Assembly (NCBI GenBank): GCA_017622555.1
Contig: JAGAQV010000017.1
Location: forward strand, 3,169-67,168
DNA length: 64,000 nt
Origin: Clostridia bacterium
GTDB lineage: Bacteria; Bacillota; Clostridia; Oscillospirales; Acutalibacteraceae
Direction of reading: 5' to 3'
Positions 26,633-35,433 of this stretch are shown piece by piece. The position numbers and the translations under genes were made by a program. The notes under the pieces are model-generated. The model was not told where the DNA came from. It did not search any database and saw nothing but the letters and a program-made list of their open reading frames with translations. Each line of letters opens with the position of its first letter. Positions within the stretch are counted from its first letter, which is position 1.

Positions 26633-28165
26633 TTAAATTATAAACTTGCTTTCACCTTCGGGTATATCATACGCCTTGCCGTTTACTTCAAGGGTATACG
26701 ACTTATTGGTCACAACGTGACACTCGTTGCCGTCTGCTACAATATCGGTAACAACTTCGCCAAAACGAAGGTTTTTAATGCCAATTTTACCTTCTACGCC
26801 CACAGGTTTTGCCCATTTTATCTTGTTTTTAAAGGCATCAATAGTATGGAAGCCCAACACAAACTCAATGTACACCGCAATGGGACCCAATGCCGACCAA
26901 CCGCAAAAATCGGGGCGCACAAGCCTGCCATCATCTTCTACGCAGGTGGCAGGCTCACACTTTTCGGGAGAATAGCACTCCCAGATAGTATGCGGAGAAA
27001 AATCGGTATAAGTTTTATACATGTGCTCAAGAAGCTTAAACGAAAGGGTGCGCGCATCGCTGTAAAACCCGTAATTTCGAAGCCCCTTAAGGGTAGCGTA
27101 TGCCGTCGGCAACCAAACCGAGCCCCGCCAGTACTTTCCGTTAACGTTATAGTCGTTATCGTTACGTGACAGCGAAACAAACGGCACCTTTCCGCCAAAG
27201 GTTTTGGGGTTGTGTAGCTCGGAAAGTAACGCTTCGGCCTGCTCTTTTGTAGCCACCTCTGCCGTCAGCGCCCAAAACGACGCTATAGTTGCCACCTTGC
27301 AAAACTCGTGAGTGTTGCAGTCAATATCGTAATAAAAACCGTCTTCTTCACACCAATAAAGACGGTTTATAATATCCGCTTTTTTGTTGAATTTTTCGTT
27401 CCATACCGCTTGATTTTGGGTATCGCCCACTATTGCAAAAAGCTTCGCTATCATTTTTGCCGCCATCGCCTGCTGCAGGATGGCATCCACCCACAATAAA
27501 TCAGGGTTATTAGGGCGCGGTTCATAAGCGTGCTCTCCCCTTCTTCCGCGGGGGGTATTATCCATACCTGAGCGACCGCCCTCCCATTTATAACCGTATT
27601 CTTCGGCTATAAGGCAGGTCGGCGCCATAACTCCGGAAATAGTGGTAGGCGTCTTTTGGCTCTCAAACCACTCATAATGCTTTTGCAAAAACTTCTCTTT
27701 ATATAGCAGGTTTTTAATATACTCTTTATCGCCTTTCACTAAAGCGTTTTCGTACTCTGCCCAAGCAAAAAGCGGTGGGTTATCGGCAATGTGTATTTGC
27801 ACTTCAAACGGCTCGCCTACTACACTGCCCGTCCATTCGGGCTCGTTTTCGGTAGGGATTATAATGCCTAATTTTTTCCCGCCGTAAAGTTTTTCATAAA
27901 AGTTTCGAAGCGACTCCACTCCCGGGAAAACGTCACGCGCAAATTTGCAAAAAAGCGACATAAAGCTTGTGTCCCAAATCCAAATTTGGGTTTCGCAAAA
28001 GGCCTCATCCATATAGGGACTTTGGGGCATACCGTCAACTGTCTTAATATGGTCAAAAGCCAACTCCCAAGCCTTATTATAAAATTCGTTATACTGCGGC
28101 ATTTCTTCGCAAACGGGTTGGGGTATATATTCCCGCCAGTTTGCCGCACCAAATTCGTTAGGCAT
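26633..28165 (-). CDS. (alpha/alpha)6-barrel glycoside hydrolase, GH63/MGH1/trehalase-like
   Basis: ~510 aa with IWIWDTSF (WDS/T.F type) and C-terminal FCGWSALGP segments typical of GH63/GH37-like enzymes. ATG 28165 follows an AAGGAAG RBS. Confidence 0.6.
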   Translation of the reverse strand: MPNEFGAANWREYIPQPVCEEMPQYNEFYNKAWELAFDHIKTVDGMPQSPYMDEAFCETQIWIWDTSFMSLFCKFARDVFPGVESLRNFYEKLYGGKKLGIIIPTENEPEWTGSVVGEPFEVQIHIADNPPLFAWAEYENALVKGDKEYIKNLLYKEKFLQKHYEWFESQKTPTTISGVMAPTCLIAEEYGYKWEGGRSGMDNTPRGRRGEHAYEPRPNNPDLLWVDAILQQAMAAKMIAKLFAIVGDTQNQAVWNEKFNKKADIINRLYWCEEDGFYYDIDCNTHEFCKVATIASFWALTAEVATKEQAEALLSELHNPKTFGGKVPFVSLSRNDNDYNVNGKYWRGSVWLPTAYATLKGLRNYGFYSDARTLSFKLLEHMYKTYTDFSPHTIWECYSPEKCEPATCVEDDGRLVRPDFCGWSALGPIAVYIEFVLGFHTIDAFKNKIKWAKPVGVEGKIGIKNLRFGEVVTDIVADGNECHVVTNKSYTLEVNGKAYDIPEGESKFII

Positions 28166-28186
28166 AATTTCCACTTCCTTGTGATG

Positions 28187-28215
28187 ATTTTACTATAAAA
28201 CTTAAATAAAGTCAA
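28187..28215 (-). promoter_or_regulatory. Sigma-A-type promoter for the GH63-like gene
   Basis: On the minus strand: TTGACT, 17 nt, TAAAAT. A further copy of the array-2 motif (plus strand tgtgatgatttta, 28179-28191) overlaps the -10/+1 region. Confidence 0.5.
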
Positions 28216-28382
28216 CGGCTCGCCGTTGTATATCATCAATTCCGCAGGAATTGCATATCATCAAAACTTTAGTTTTGTATATCATCAAGCCGACAGATAT
28301 ACACACTTCGTGTGATGATATACGCCTTCGGCAATGATATACACGACTGCGTCGTGGTGATATACCATTGCTTTCGCAATGG
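28212..28382. repeat. Hairpin-spaced short-repeat array 2: G(T/C)ATATCATCA x3 (direct) then (TGA)TGATATAC x3-4 (inverted)
   Basis: Direct copies at 28228, 28253 and 28277. Inverted copies at 28296 (gatatac), 28313, 28335 and 28358. Six private spacer hairpins: 28213-28228, 28238-28252, 28262-28277, 28324-28332, 28342-28356 and 28365-28382. Central hairpin at 28302-28314. Confidence 0.9.
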
Positions 28383-28417
28383 AAAAAAACACTCGTTCAA
28401 GAGAACGAGTGTTTTTT
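28383..28417. terminator. Bidirectional intrinsic terminator (terminates tRNA-Leu on the minus strand)
   Basis: A7, stem cactcgttc/gaacgagtg, T6. Confidence 0.8.
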
Positions 28418-28503
28418 GGTGCCGATGACCGGACTTGAACCGGTACGATATTGCTACCGAGGGATTTTAAGTCCCTTGTGTCTGCCTATTCCACCACATC
28501 GGC
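28417..28503 (-). tRNA. tRNA-Leu (anticodon UAA), type II with long variable arm, CCA encoded
   Basis: The reverse complement folds by hand. Acceptor stem GCCGATG/CATCGGC, anticodon stem AGGGA/TCCCT with loop CTTAAAA, long variable arm, T-arm CCGGTTCAAGTCCGG, 3' ACCA. Confidence 0.9.
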
Positions 28504-28512
28504 ATATCTAAA

Positions 28513-28541
28513 ATAATATAATATTTTAGATGTTTTGTCAA
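28513..28541 (-). promoter_or_regulatory. Sigma-A promoter for tRNA-Leu
   Basis: On the minus strand: TTGACA, 17 nt, TATTAT, about 9 nt before the mature 5' end. Confidence 0.55.
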
Positions 28542-28565
28542 GTGTTTTTTATGCCTTTTGTTAAA

Positions 28566-28934
28566 TTATTTGCAACTGCAGCAGCTTTTAAAAAGCTTAT
28601 CAACATCAAGCCGTTTTTCATCACTGTTTTTAATAAAATTCAAGGTGTTAAAAGCGGCAGCAGGTGCAGTGTCAGTATAGAATGCATCCACCACTCCCCT
28701 TTCACAGCCAACGTGCAAGGTGCTTCTAAGCACACCGTCAAGCAGCGATAAATCGCTTAACGGTTCAATAATATGAACAGTTAACACAGTGTCAATATCA
28801 AAAAGGCAGTAACCCAAAATTCCCTCTTTATCGGTTGCTAAAAGCAAGTTTGAATACTCGCTAAACGGCACACCCGCTTCGTTATAATATTTTTCGGTTA
28901 ACTGCCTGTCACTTGTTACTTTTAAGGTTATCAT
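28566..28934 (-). CDS. Hypothetical 122-aa protein with C-terminal CCxC tail
   Basis: The ORF is translationally coupled to rluB (TAAATG). No family is recognised. It ends ...LDVDKLFKSCCSCK. Confidence 0.5.
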   Translation of the reverse strand: MITLKVTSDRQLTEKYYNEAGVPFSEYSNLLLATDKEGILGYCLFDIDTVLTVHIIEPLSDLSLLDGVLRSTLHVGCERGVVDAFYTDTAPAAAFNTLNFIKNSDEKRLDVDKLFKSCCSCK

Positions 28935-29681
28935 TTAAACATTTTCCTTCATTTGAGTAATACTTGTAAGACGGCGCATTTCACGCTCATTAAGGTTACG
29001 CCAACTGCCACGAGGCAGCATACCAAGCTTAACGCCCGCAATTTCGGTGCGTTTGAGGCGCAAAACCTCTAAATTAACGGCTTCGCACATACGGCGGATT
29101 TGGCGGTTGCGGCCCTCGCTTATAATGAAAATAAGTACAGTCCTATCAGGCTTGCGTTCAGCTACGAAGCAGTCACATGGCAAAACCTTTTTACCGTCAA
29201 GCTCTATACTGCCATCACTCAAGGTTAAAAGCTTTTCATCTGCCACCTCGCCCGCAACGGTTACACGGTAGGTTTTATTAACGTGGGAAGACGGGTGTGT
29301 TAGCTTGTTGGCAAAATCGCCGTCATTAGTCATAAACAAAAGACCCTCGGAATTCATATCAAGTCTACCCACAGGGAAAAGGCGGTCACCTGCATCCTTA
29401 ACTAAATCAGTAACACATTTACGACCCTTTTCATCACTTGTAGTAGTAACAAAGCCACGGGGCTTGTGAAGCATTATATAAACCTTTTCATTTTTACCTG
29501 CAACAACGGTTTTACCACGAACGGTAATTTTATCACGCTTAGGGTCTACCTTTTGACCAATAATCGCCACGTGACCGTTAACCTTTACCTTACCTGCTTC
29601 TATAAGCTCTTCAGCCTTACGGCGCGAAGCAATACCACATTCAGCCAAATGCTTTTGCAGTCTGATTTTATTATCCTTCAT
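28935..29681 (-). CDS. rluB: Pseudouridine synthase, RsuA/RluB family with N-terminal S4 domain
   Basis: S4 domain (RLQKHLAECGIASRRKAEELI) and catalytic GRLD motif (FPVGRLDMNSEGL). Confidence 0.88.
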   Translation of the reverse strand: MKDNKIRLQKHLAECGIASRRKAEELIEAGKVKVNGHVAIIGQKVDPKRDKITVRGKTVVAGKNEKVYIMLHKPRGFVTTTSDEKGRKCVTDLVKDAGDRLFPVGRLDMNSEGLLFMTNDGDFANKLTHPSSHVNKTYRVTVAGEVADEKLLTLSDGSIELDGKKVLPCDCFVAERKPDRTVLIFIISEGRNRQIRRMCEAVNLEVLRLKRTEIAGVKLGMLPRGSWRNLNEREMRRLTSITQMKENV

Positions 29682-29690
29682 CTTAATCTC

Positions 29691-30812
29691 CTAAATAAAT
29701 TTTGCTATGTATAAAAAGTTTTCTAAAACCTTTGTAATTGTTTTTTTCTCAAATTTAGTAAGCGGCACGGCTTCCTTTGATGTGATTTTTCTTTCAAAAA
29801 CCACCTTGCCGTTTTGCTTATAAACCGCTTTACCAAGCACCTCGCCATTTTTAACGGGCGCAAATAAATATTTGGGCAAATATACCTCGCAAGTAAAGCC
29901 CTCGCTTTGTGTCGAATTAATTACCAAAGGTTCAATTTCAACCTTAATATTATCCTTTGCACCGCTTATAACAGGCAAAGTGTATTCGGTTTGCTTTGGT
30001 GAAATTTCAGTTTGAATTATTTTTGAAAGGCCATACTCTAGCATATTTGTGTGGTCCTGCCAGTCATTAGGTGCATTAAGCGTTACCGCAATAACTAATT
30101 TTCCGTCACGCCTTGCGGCGCTTACTAAACACCGCCCCGACTTTTTGGTAAACCCTGTTTTAACACCCACACACCCTTCAAAGCTTTTCAGCAACTTATT
30201 GTGGTTTGTAAGCGTGCGCCTATAAGGCGGGTTACCGTAATTAAGCACCGCACTTTTACTACCGACTGCCGCCGCAAAATCAGCATTATTTAAAGCGTAT
30301 TTTGTAAGCAATGCCAAATCGTAAGCGGTGGTGTAATGGTTTTCATCATCCAGCCCCGACGGCGTTACAAAATTGGTGTTTTTAAGTCCAATTTCCTTAG
30401 CTTTGTTGTTCATAAGAATAGCAAAATCAGGTATAGTACCCGCCATAACTATCGCAATTGTATTTGCCGCATCGTTGCCCGAAGCCAGCATTAAACCGTA
30501 CAGCAAATCGTGTAGTGTTACCCTATCGCCGCTAAGCAGTCCCATTGAAGAGCCTTCGACCCGCACCATTTCATCAGTAACGGTAATTTCACGCTGAAGG
30601 TTACCATATTCACACAGCAAAAGCCCTGTCATAATTTTTGTGGTGCTTGCCATTGGAAGCCGCTGTTCAGCATTTTTAGAATAAATAACCTCGCCTGTGT
30701 CGCCGCAAATCACCACCGCAGCCTTGGCAGAGGTTTCAAGCGCTGATACACCTAACGGCATACTAACCAAAAACAGTGCAAAAACCACTAATATACAAAT
30801 AAGCCTTTTCAC
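29691..30812 (-). CDS. D-alanyl-D-alanine carboxypeptidase (S11 family, DacB-like)
   Basis: Signal peptide, SxxK (ASTTK), SGN and KTG(F)T motifs. GTG 30812 follows a GAGGTG RBS. Sits in a B. subtilis-like scpA-scpB-...-dacB neighbourhood. Confidence 0.85.
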   Translation of the reverse strand: MKRLICILVVFALFLVSMPLGVSALETSAKAAVVICGDTGEVIYSKNAEQRLPMASTTKIMTGLLLCEYGNLQREITVTDEMVRVEGSSMGLLSGDRVTLHDLLYGLMLASGNDAANTIAIVMAGTIPDFAILMNNKAKEIGLKNTNFVTPSGLDDENHYTTAYDLALLTKYALNNADFAAAVGSKSAVLNYGNPPYRRTLTNHNKLLKSFEGCVGVKTGFTKKSGRCLVSAARRDGKLVIAVTLNAPNDWQDHTNMLEYGLSKIIQTEISPKQTEYTLPVISGAKDNIKVEIEPLVINSTQSEGFTCEVYLPKYLFAPVKNGEVLGKAVYKQNGKVVFERKITSKEAVPLTKFEKKTITKVLENFLYIAKFI

Positions 30813-30865
30813 AAAACACACCTCGTTTTAAACTTATTAAAACGAGGTTTTGGTTATGACTTATA

Positions 30866-31237
30866 TTAATTTTCTTTGTCCTTAGTAAAAAGCTCCTTAG
30901 CCTTGTCAATAATTTCGGGTGCCATTGTAACAGCCTTTTCAAGTGTGGTAAGCTCATTATAAATGGGCACCATTTTAACGTTACCTTCGCTGATAACCAT
31001 AAAAGCAATAGGCGAAACAGTAACACCTGCGCCGCTACCACCGCCGAAAAGACCCTGCTGATTTTTGGTGGCAAAGTCGCTGCCGCCGGTTGCAATACCA
31101 TAAGCCACCTTTGAAACGGGAATTAAGGTAAGCCCGTCAACAACAATGGGCTCGCCTGTGATAACGTCGGCATTTACCATTGCCTTTAATTTATCCATTG
31201 TAGTGTCTAAAATTGCTTGGATTTTATTATCACTCAT
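30866..31237 (-). CDS. ytfJ: GerW/YtfJ-family sporulation protein
   Basis: 123 aa with the family-typical GEPIVVDGLTLIPVSKVAYGIATGG segment. Confidence 0.8.
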   Translation of the reverse strand: MSDNKIQAILDTTMDKLKAMVNADVITGEPIVVDGLTLIPVSKVAYGIATGGSDFATKNQQGLFGGGSGAGVTVSPIAFMVISEGNVKMVPIYNELTTLEKAVTMAPEIIDKAKELFTKDKEN

Positions 31238-31851
31238 TATAATTCATTCCTCACACTGAAATTTTTATATTCTTTTAACGCCTTAAAGGCAATTATAAGC
31301 AGCAAAATGGCATTTGCTTTAGCATTAAACGAAACGCTGAACTGACTTTCAATATGCTTAAAGCCTGCCGAAACGTTAATTTGCTTAAGCTTAATATTAA
31401 GGTTTTGGTCAATAAAGGAGAGCACAGGATAAACAATACTGCAAACTGCGCCATATTCCAAAGCGGTCATTGCGGCATCACTGCCAACAACAATTAAATC
31501 AAGCTTAAATTTGCGGAATTTAATTTTTAAAAGCTGTGGTTTAACTTCAGTTATAACCTTACCCGCAAAATCAAAAATTTCCCGAATTGCACCCTTAAAG
31601 CCATGCTTGGCTTTAAGCTTTTCAAAAACACCCTGTTCTTTTTCTTTGGGCTTATCTTCTTCACTTTTTTCCTTAGGCTTTTCTTTTTCGGCTTTTTCTT
31701 CCTTTTCATTTTGAAACTCATAAACCGTAAGCCCTAAAAATTTAATTTTTAGAAAAAAGTCATTCTCAAACTTAATTTGGGCTGTAATAGGCAAAAGCAA
31801 AAGTAAGGCTATCAGCAATAAAATTCCGCCGATAATATATAGCGCTATCAC
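31237..31851 (-). CDS. DUF2953 (YtfI-like) sporulation-associated membrane protein
   Basis: N-terminal TM helix, K/E-rich linker, position directly upstream of ytfJ. Confidence 0.6.
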   Translation of the reverse strand: MIALYIIGGILLLIALLLLLPITAQIKFENDFFLKIKFLGLTVYEFQNEKEEKAEKEKPKEKSEEDKPKEKEQGVFEKLKAKHGFKGAIREIFDFAGKVITEVKPQLLKIKFRKFKLDLIVVGSDAAMTALEYGAVCSIVYPVLSFIDQNLNIKLKQINVSAGFKHIESQFSVSFNAKANAILLLIIAFKALKEYKNFSVRNEL

Positions 31852-31893
31852 TAAAACACCCCTTTTAAGTTATTTTTGGTAAATTTTAAAAAA

Positions 31894-32460
31894 CTATTCG
31901 TCAGTTAGTGACAACTGCTCGCCAACATCGTTTACTTCACCCTCGTCCTGATTTTTTGGAAGAGGCGGCAATTCGCTTAAATCGCCAAGCTCAAAGCACC
32001 TTAAAAAGTTTTTGGTTGTGCCGTAAAGCAATGGCTTACCCGGAAGCTCCAAACGGCCGCGTTCCTCAATAAGACCTTTTTCAATAAGGGTGGTAACAAC
32101 GCTTGAGCAGTCAACGCCACGTACCTGTTCAATAAACGATTTGGTAACAGGCTGGTTGTAGGCCACAACTGCTAACACTTCAAATGCGGCGGCTGAAAGC
32201 GGAGTGCGACGCTTAATGTCAAACGCTTTTTTAATATATTCGCTATATTCGGCACGGGTTGTAAGCTGATAAGCATTATCAAGTCGTACAAGCTTAATGC
32301 CGCTATCGTCCTTTTCAAGCTTTTCAGTAAGCATTTCCATAATTTCTACCGTTTTAGTGGGGGTAATTTCAAACACCTGTGTAAAACGGTCTATACTGAG
32401 AGGCTCGCCGCTGGCAAAAAGCACGGCTTCAAAAGCCTTAACAAGTTCATTTTTGGTCAT
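31894..32460 (-). CDS. scpB: SMC-Scp complex subunit ScpB
   Basis: Tandem winged-helix pattern (ALLFASGEPLS, AAFEVLAVVAYNQPVT, RGVD). Overlaps scpA. Confidence 0.9.
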   Translation of the reverse strand: MTKNELVKAFEAVLFASGEPLSIDRFTQVFEITPTKTVEIMEMLTEKLEKDDSGIKLVRLDNAYQLTTRAEYSEYIKKAFDIKRRTPLSAAAFEVLAVVAYNQPVTKSFIEQVRGVDCSSVVTTLIEKGLIEERGRLELPGKPLLYGTTKNFLRCFELGDLSELPPLPKNQDEGEVNDVGEQLSLTDE

Positions 32461-33176
32461 TTGCGTTTACGCTCCTTAATTAAAGAGATTTCCTGTTCCT
32501 CGCCATCCCCCGTAACAACAACACGGTTGGCCTTGCAAAGCTCTAACACAGCCAGAAAGGTTGCCACCATTTCAGAACGGCTTTCGGCGGTTTTGTAAAG
32601 GTCAGAAAGCTTTTGCTTGCTGCCCTTCCAAAGCGTGCGGATAACATAAACAATTTTTGTGGAAACCGCAACAATTTTTTTCGCAACAATGCGTGTAAAG
32701 GGTGCGGTTGATGGCGGTAAGCGACGTTTACCCCTACCAACTGCTGCAATATAAGCGTCAAACATAACCTGCTTGTTGTGCTTTAAAATATAGGTCTTGT
32801 CCACCTCGACCTCAGCAGGAAGCCTTACAAACAAGTCAAAGCCGCCCTGCATTTCAGTAAATTTCTTTGCCATTTGCTGACAAACCATATATTCGAGCAG
32901 TTCACCTGTTAATTCTTCCTTAAGCTTTACAACCTCATCGTGTTTTGGCAAAAGGCTTACGGTCTTTATGTATAAAAGGCGTGAAGCCATTTCCAAAAAG
33001 TCGCTTGCGACCTCCATCTCGCCTTCTTCAATACCCTCGATTTGCTGAAGATATTGGTCGATAAGCTCTACAAGCGGAATATCGTAAATATTATATTTGT
33101 TACGTGCAATAAGCTGCAGCAACAAATCAAGTGGGCCTTCAAAGCCCTCCAACTTATAATTTAAAATTTGTTCCAT
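32457..33176 (-). CDS. scpA: Segregation and condensation protein A (kleisin)
   Basis: FEGPLDLLLQLI N-terminal motif, ~240 aa. Confidence 0.9.
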   Translation of the reverse strand: MEQILNYKLEGFEGPLDLLLQLIARNKYNIYDIPLVELIDQYLQQIEGIEEGEMEVASDFLEMASRLLYIKTVSLLPKHDEVVKLKEELTGELLEYMVCQQMAKKFTEMQGGFDLFVRLPAEVEVDKTYILKHNKQVMFDAYIAAVGRGKRRLPPSTAPFTRIVAKKIVAVSTKIVYVIRTLWKGSKQKLSDLYKTAESRSEMVATFLAVLELCKANRVVVTGDGEEQEISLIKERKRK

Positions 33177-33184
33177 TTAATACC

Positions 33185-33859
33185 TCAAAAAAACATAAAC
33201 GGTAATGATGCAAAATTATTAATTGCGCCTAAAATAGCGCTTGAAGCGATTGCCAAGGGCTTGTCCAAAATATCAGTTGCAATAATTATAAGCACTGCAA
33301 ACATTAAAATACGTTCGTGCTGCATAACACGCCAATAATATTTATCAGGCAAAACCGCAAACAAAATTCGTGACCCGTCAAACGGGGGCACGGGAATGAA
33401 ATTAAACACCGCCAAGAAAACATTTATTTGGGCAACGCTTACAAAAAACATATAAATGTACACGGCAACTGCACCCATACCTGCGCCAAAGGTTGCCACC
33501 GCATTTGCAAACAAAAGCGAAACGGTAGCCACAACAATATTAGCCGCAGGCCCAGCAAAAGCGGTAATTGCCATACCCACTTTTGGATTATTAAAGTTGC
33601 GAGGGTTAATTTGCACGGGCTTTGCCCAACCAACACCGAAAAGGATGATACACAAAGCGCCGATATAGTCAATATGAGCAAAAGGGTTTAAGGTTAGTCT
33701 GCCTTGATAACGGGGTGTGGGGTCGCCAAGCTTTGTTGCAATAAAGCCGTGCGCCCACTCGTGTATAGGCAATGTCAGAAAAACAACCACTAAGGATGAA
33801 ATTAAGCTTACAACAAGGCTTAACGGGTCAAAATTACCCGACAAAAGCTCCTGCAACAA
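33185..33859 (-). CDS. Site-2 protease family (M50) membrane metalloprotease
   Basis: HEWAHG (HExxH) and NFIPVPPFDG motifs in TM helices. Confidence 0.85.
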   Translation of the reverse strand: MLQELLSGNFDPLSLVVSLISSLVVVFLTLPIHEWAHGFIATKLGDPTPRYQGRLTLNPFAHIDYIGALCIILFGVGWAKPVQINPRNFNNPKVGMAITAFAGPAANIVVATVSLLFANAVATFGAGMGAVAVYIYMFFVSVAQINVFLAVFNFIPVPPFDGSRILFAVLPDKYYWRVMQHERILMFAVLIIIATDILDKPLAIASSAILGAINNFASLPFMFF

Positions 33860-33923
33860 GACATATCACTCCAATATAATATATTATTAAATCTATTATA
33901 TTACATTATGGGTAAAAAGACAA

Positions 33924-33961
33924 GAAAAAAATCACCCTAAAGGCTTTAACCTTAGGGTGAT
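33924..33961 (-). terminator. Intrinsic terminator after the flippase gene
   Basis: Long stem atcaccctaagg/ccttagggtgat with a U-run on the minus strand. Confidence 0.75.
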
Positions 33962-33967
33962 TAAAGT

Positions 33968-35374
33968 TTATTTGCGTCTTTTAACAAATGAAATAATTTT
34001 TAAAAAGAAAATTTTTATAAATTTAAAGTTTATCACAAACAACAAAACCAATGCCGCTGCTTGTACGGGATAGTTAAACGGAAGCCCAAAAAGCATATAC
34101 CCCGTTTGAAATAAAACAATTAAAGTGTTAAGTGACACTGTAATAAAATGAGTTTTAAAGGGGATATATTTTTTCGCATCATAGGTGCGGATAACAAACA
34201 CCGCAAGATAGCTTACAAAGGTAGCAATTGCCGCACCCTGTGAGCCGATTTTGGGTATTAAAATAAAGTTTAAAACAATGTTAACCCCTGCGCCCACCAT
34301 TGTGGTTAAAAATGAATTTTTACTGCGCTTTTCCACCACGTAAACCGAGCCCATAAAGTTTGCAAAGGCGCTGAAAACCATTGCTAAAGACAGCATTGGT
34401 ACAAATTCCCACGCTGAATAAAAGCTTTCGGTTGTAAGAATTTTTATAAGCGGTACCGATAGCGCAGTTATGGCTGAACCCGCCAAAAACATTACACTTT
34501 GGAAGGAGGACCAAACCTTAGAATAAAATTCAATATGCTCGTTTTTATCGTTTTCAGATTCACTAATAGCCGAAAACTGCCAAGCCTGCATAAACACGGT
34601 TGAAAGCAAGGTTAAAAATGTGGGAAGCTTGTTTGAAACCGCATAAATACCGTTAGCGTCCGTGCCTAAAAACCAGGTAACCATATACCTGTCAGACACA
34701 CTTGTAACCCACCAAAAAATAGTGGCGGGAATCATAGGTATACTGTAAGCGAGCATTTGCTTCAGTGTGGTTTTTTCAGGCTTTAAAACAATTTCACGCC
34801 ACAGCTTTTCTTTAAAGAAAATCAGTAACGCAGTAAGTCCGTCGGCCAACACAACCGACAAAACATAACCTATAATGCCAAAATCGAAAACTGCTAAAAA
34901 CAGTATGTTCAGTACAATTACAAGCGAGGTATTAACAATGCCCTGCACCGCAAAAAACGCGGTTTTATTTTTAGCCCTTATAAACTGCGCACAAAGCGAA
35001 TGATAGCAAGAAGCCATTGTGTAAATTATAATAAGCCACAAATAGCTTCTAAGCTGTGCGGAAATTGCCAAAAGCGGCGCAATTATCAAAAACAAAAGAC
35101 CGCCAAGGGTTATTGTGTAAAGGCCCGATGAAAAAACGCTTTTTTTGTCGTGATTACTGTCAATCGCAAAGCGAAAAACACCGTTTGTAATGCCAAGCGA
35201 AATAATAGGCAATAAAAGGTTACAGGTTTGGGTAATAATATCGGCCGTACCGAATTCGGACGTGGTAAGATAGCCCGTATAAAAGCGCACCATTAAAAAC
35301 ACCAACAGCTTTGATCCGAAGGTGCCAAGACTTATAAGCGCAGTATTTGAAACTAAGGTTTTGTATTTGTTCAT
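33968..35374 (-). CDS. MOP-superfamily polysaccharide/lipid-linked oligosaccharide flippase (Wzx/SpoVB/MurJ-like)
   Basis: 468 aa, ~14 TM helices, typical N-terminus (NTALISLGTFGSKLLVFLMV). Confidence 0.75.
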   Translation of the reverse strand: MNKYKTLVSNTALISLGTFGSKLLVFLMVRFYTGYLTTSEFGTADIITQTCNLLLPIISLGITNGVFRFAIDSNHDKKSVFSSGLYTITLGGLLFLIIAPLLAISAQLRSYLWLIIIYTMASCYHSLCAQFIRAKNKTAFFAVQGIVNTSLVIVLNILFLAVFDFGIIGYVLSVVLADGLTALLIFFKEKLWREIVLKPEKTTLKQMLAYSIPMIPATIFWWVTSVSDRYMVTWFLGTDANGIYAVSNKLPTFLTLLSTVFMQAWQFSAISESENDKNEHIEFYSKVWSSFQSVMFLAGSAITALSVPLIKILTTESFYSAWEFVPMLSLAMVFSAFANFMGSVYVVEKRSKNSFLTTMVGAGVNIVLNFILIPKIGSQGAAIATFVSYLAVFVIRTYDAKKYIPFKTHFITVSLNTLIVLFQTGYMLFGLPFNYPVQAAALVLLFVINFKFIKIFFLKIISFVKRRK

Positions 35375-35433
35375 AAACTTATACTTCCCATTATTTTACA
35401 TCCTATTAATGATACTGCATTTCTTTAAAACTG

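Noticed and set aside
28179-28323. GTGATGA / GTGATG motifs resemble archaeal/eukaryotic C-box (RUGAUGA) k-turn elements.
   Set aside because: Each copy has a fully Watson-Crick complementary partner in the opposite arm rather than a CUGA D-box. The host is bacterial, and no guide-like sequences are evident. The resemblance is probably coincidental.
26281-28417. A CRISPR-like interpretation of arrays 1 and 2.
   Set aside because: The repeats are only 6-11 nt and the spacers 8-15 nt. The repeats switch orientation half-way, no cas genes are in the window, and the spacers are self-complementary hairpins. None of this fits CRISPR.
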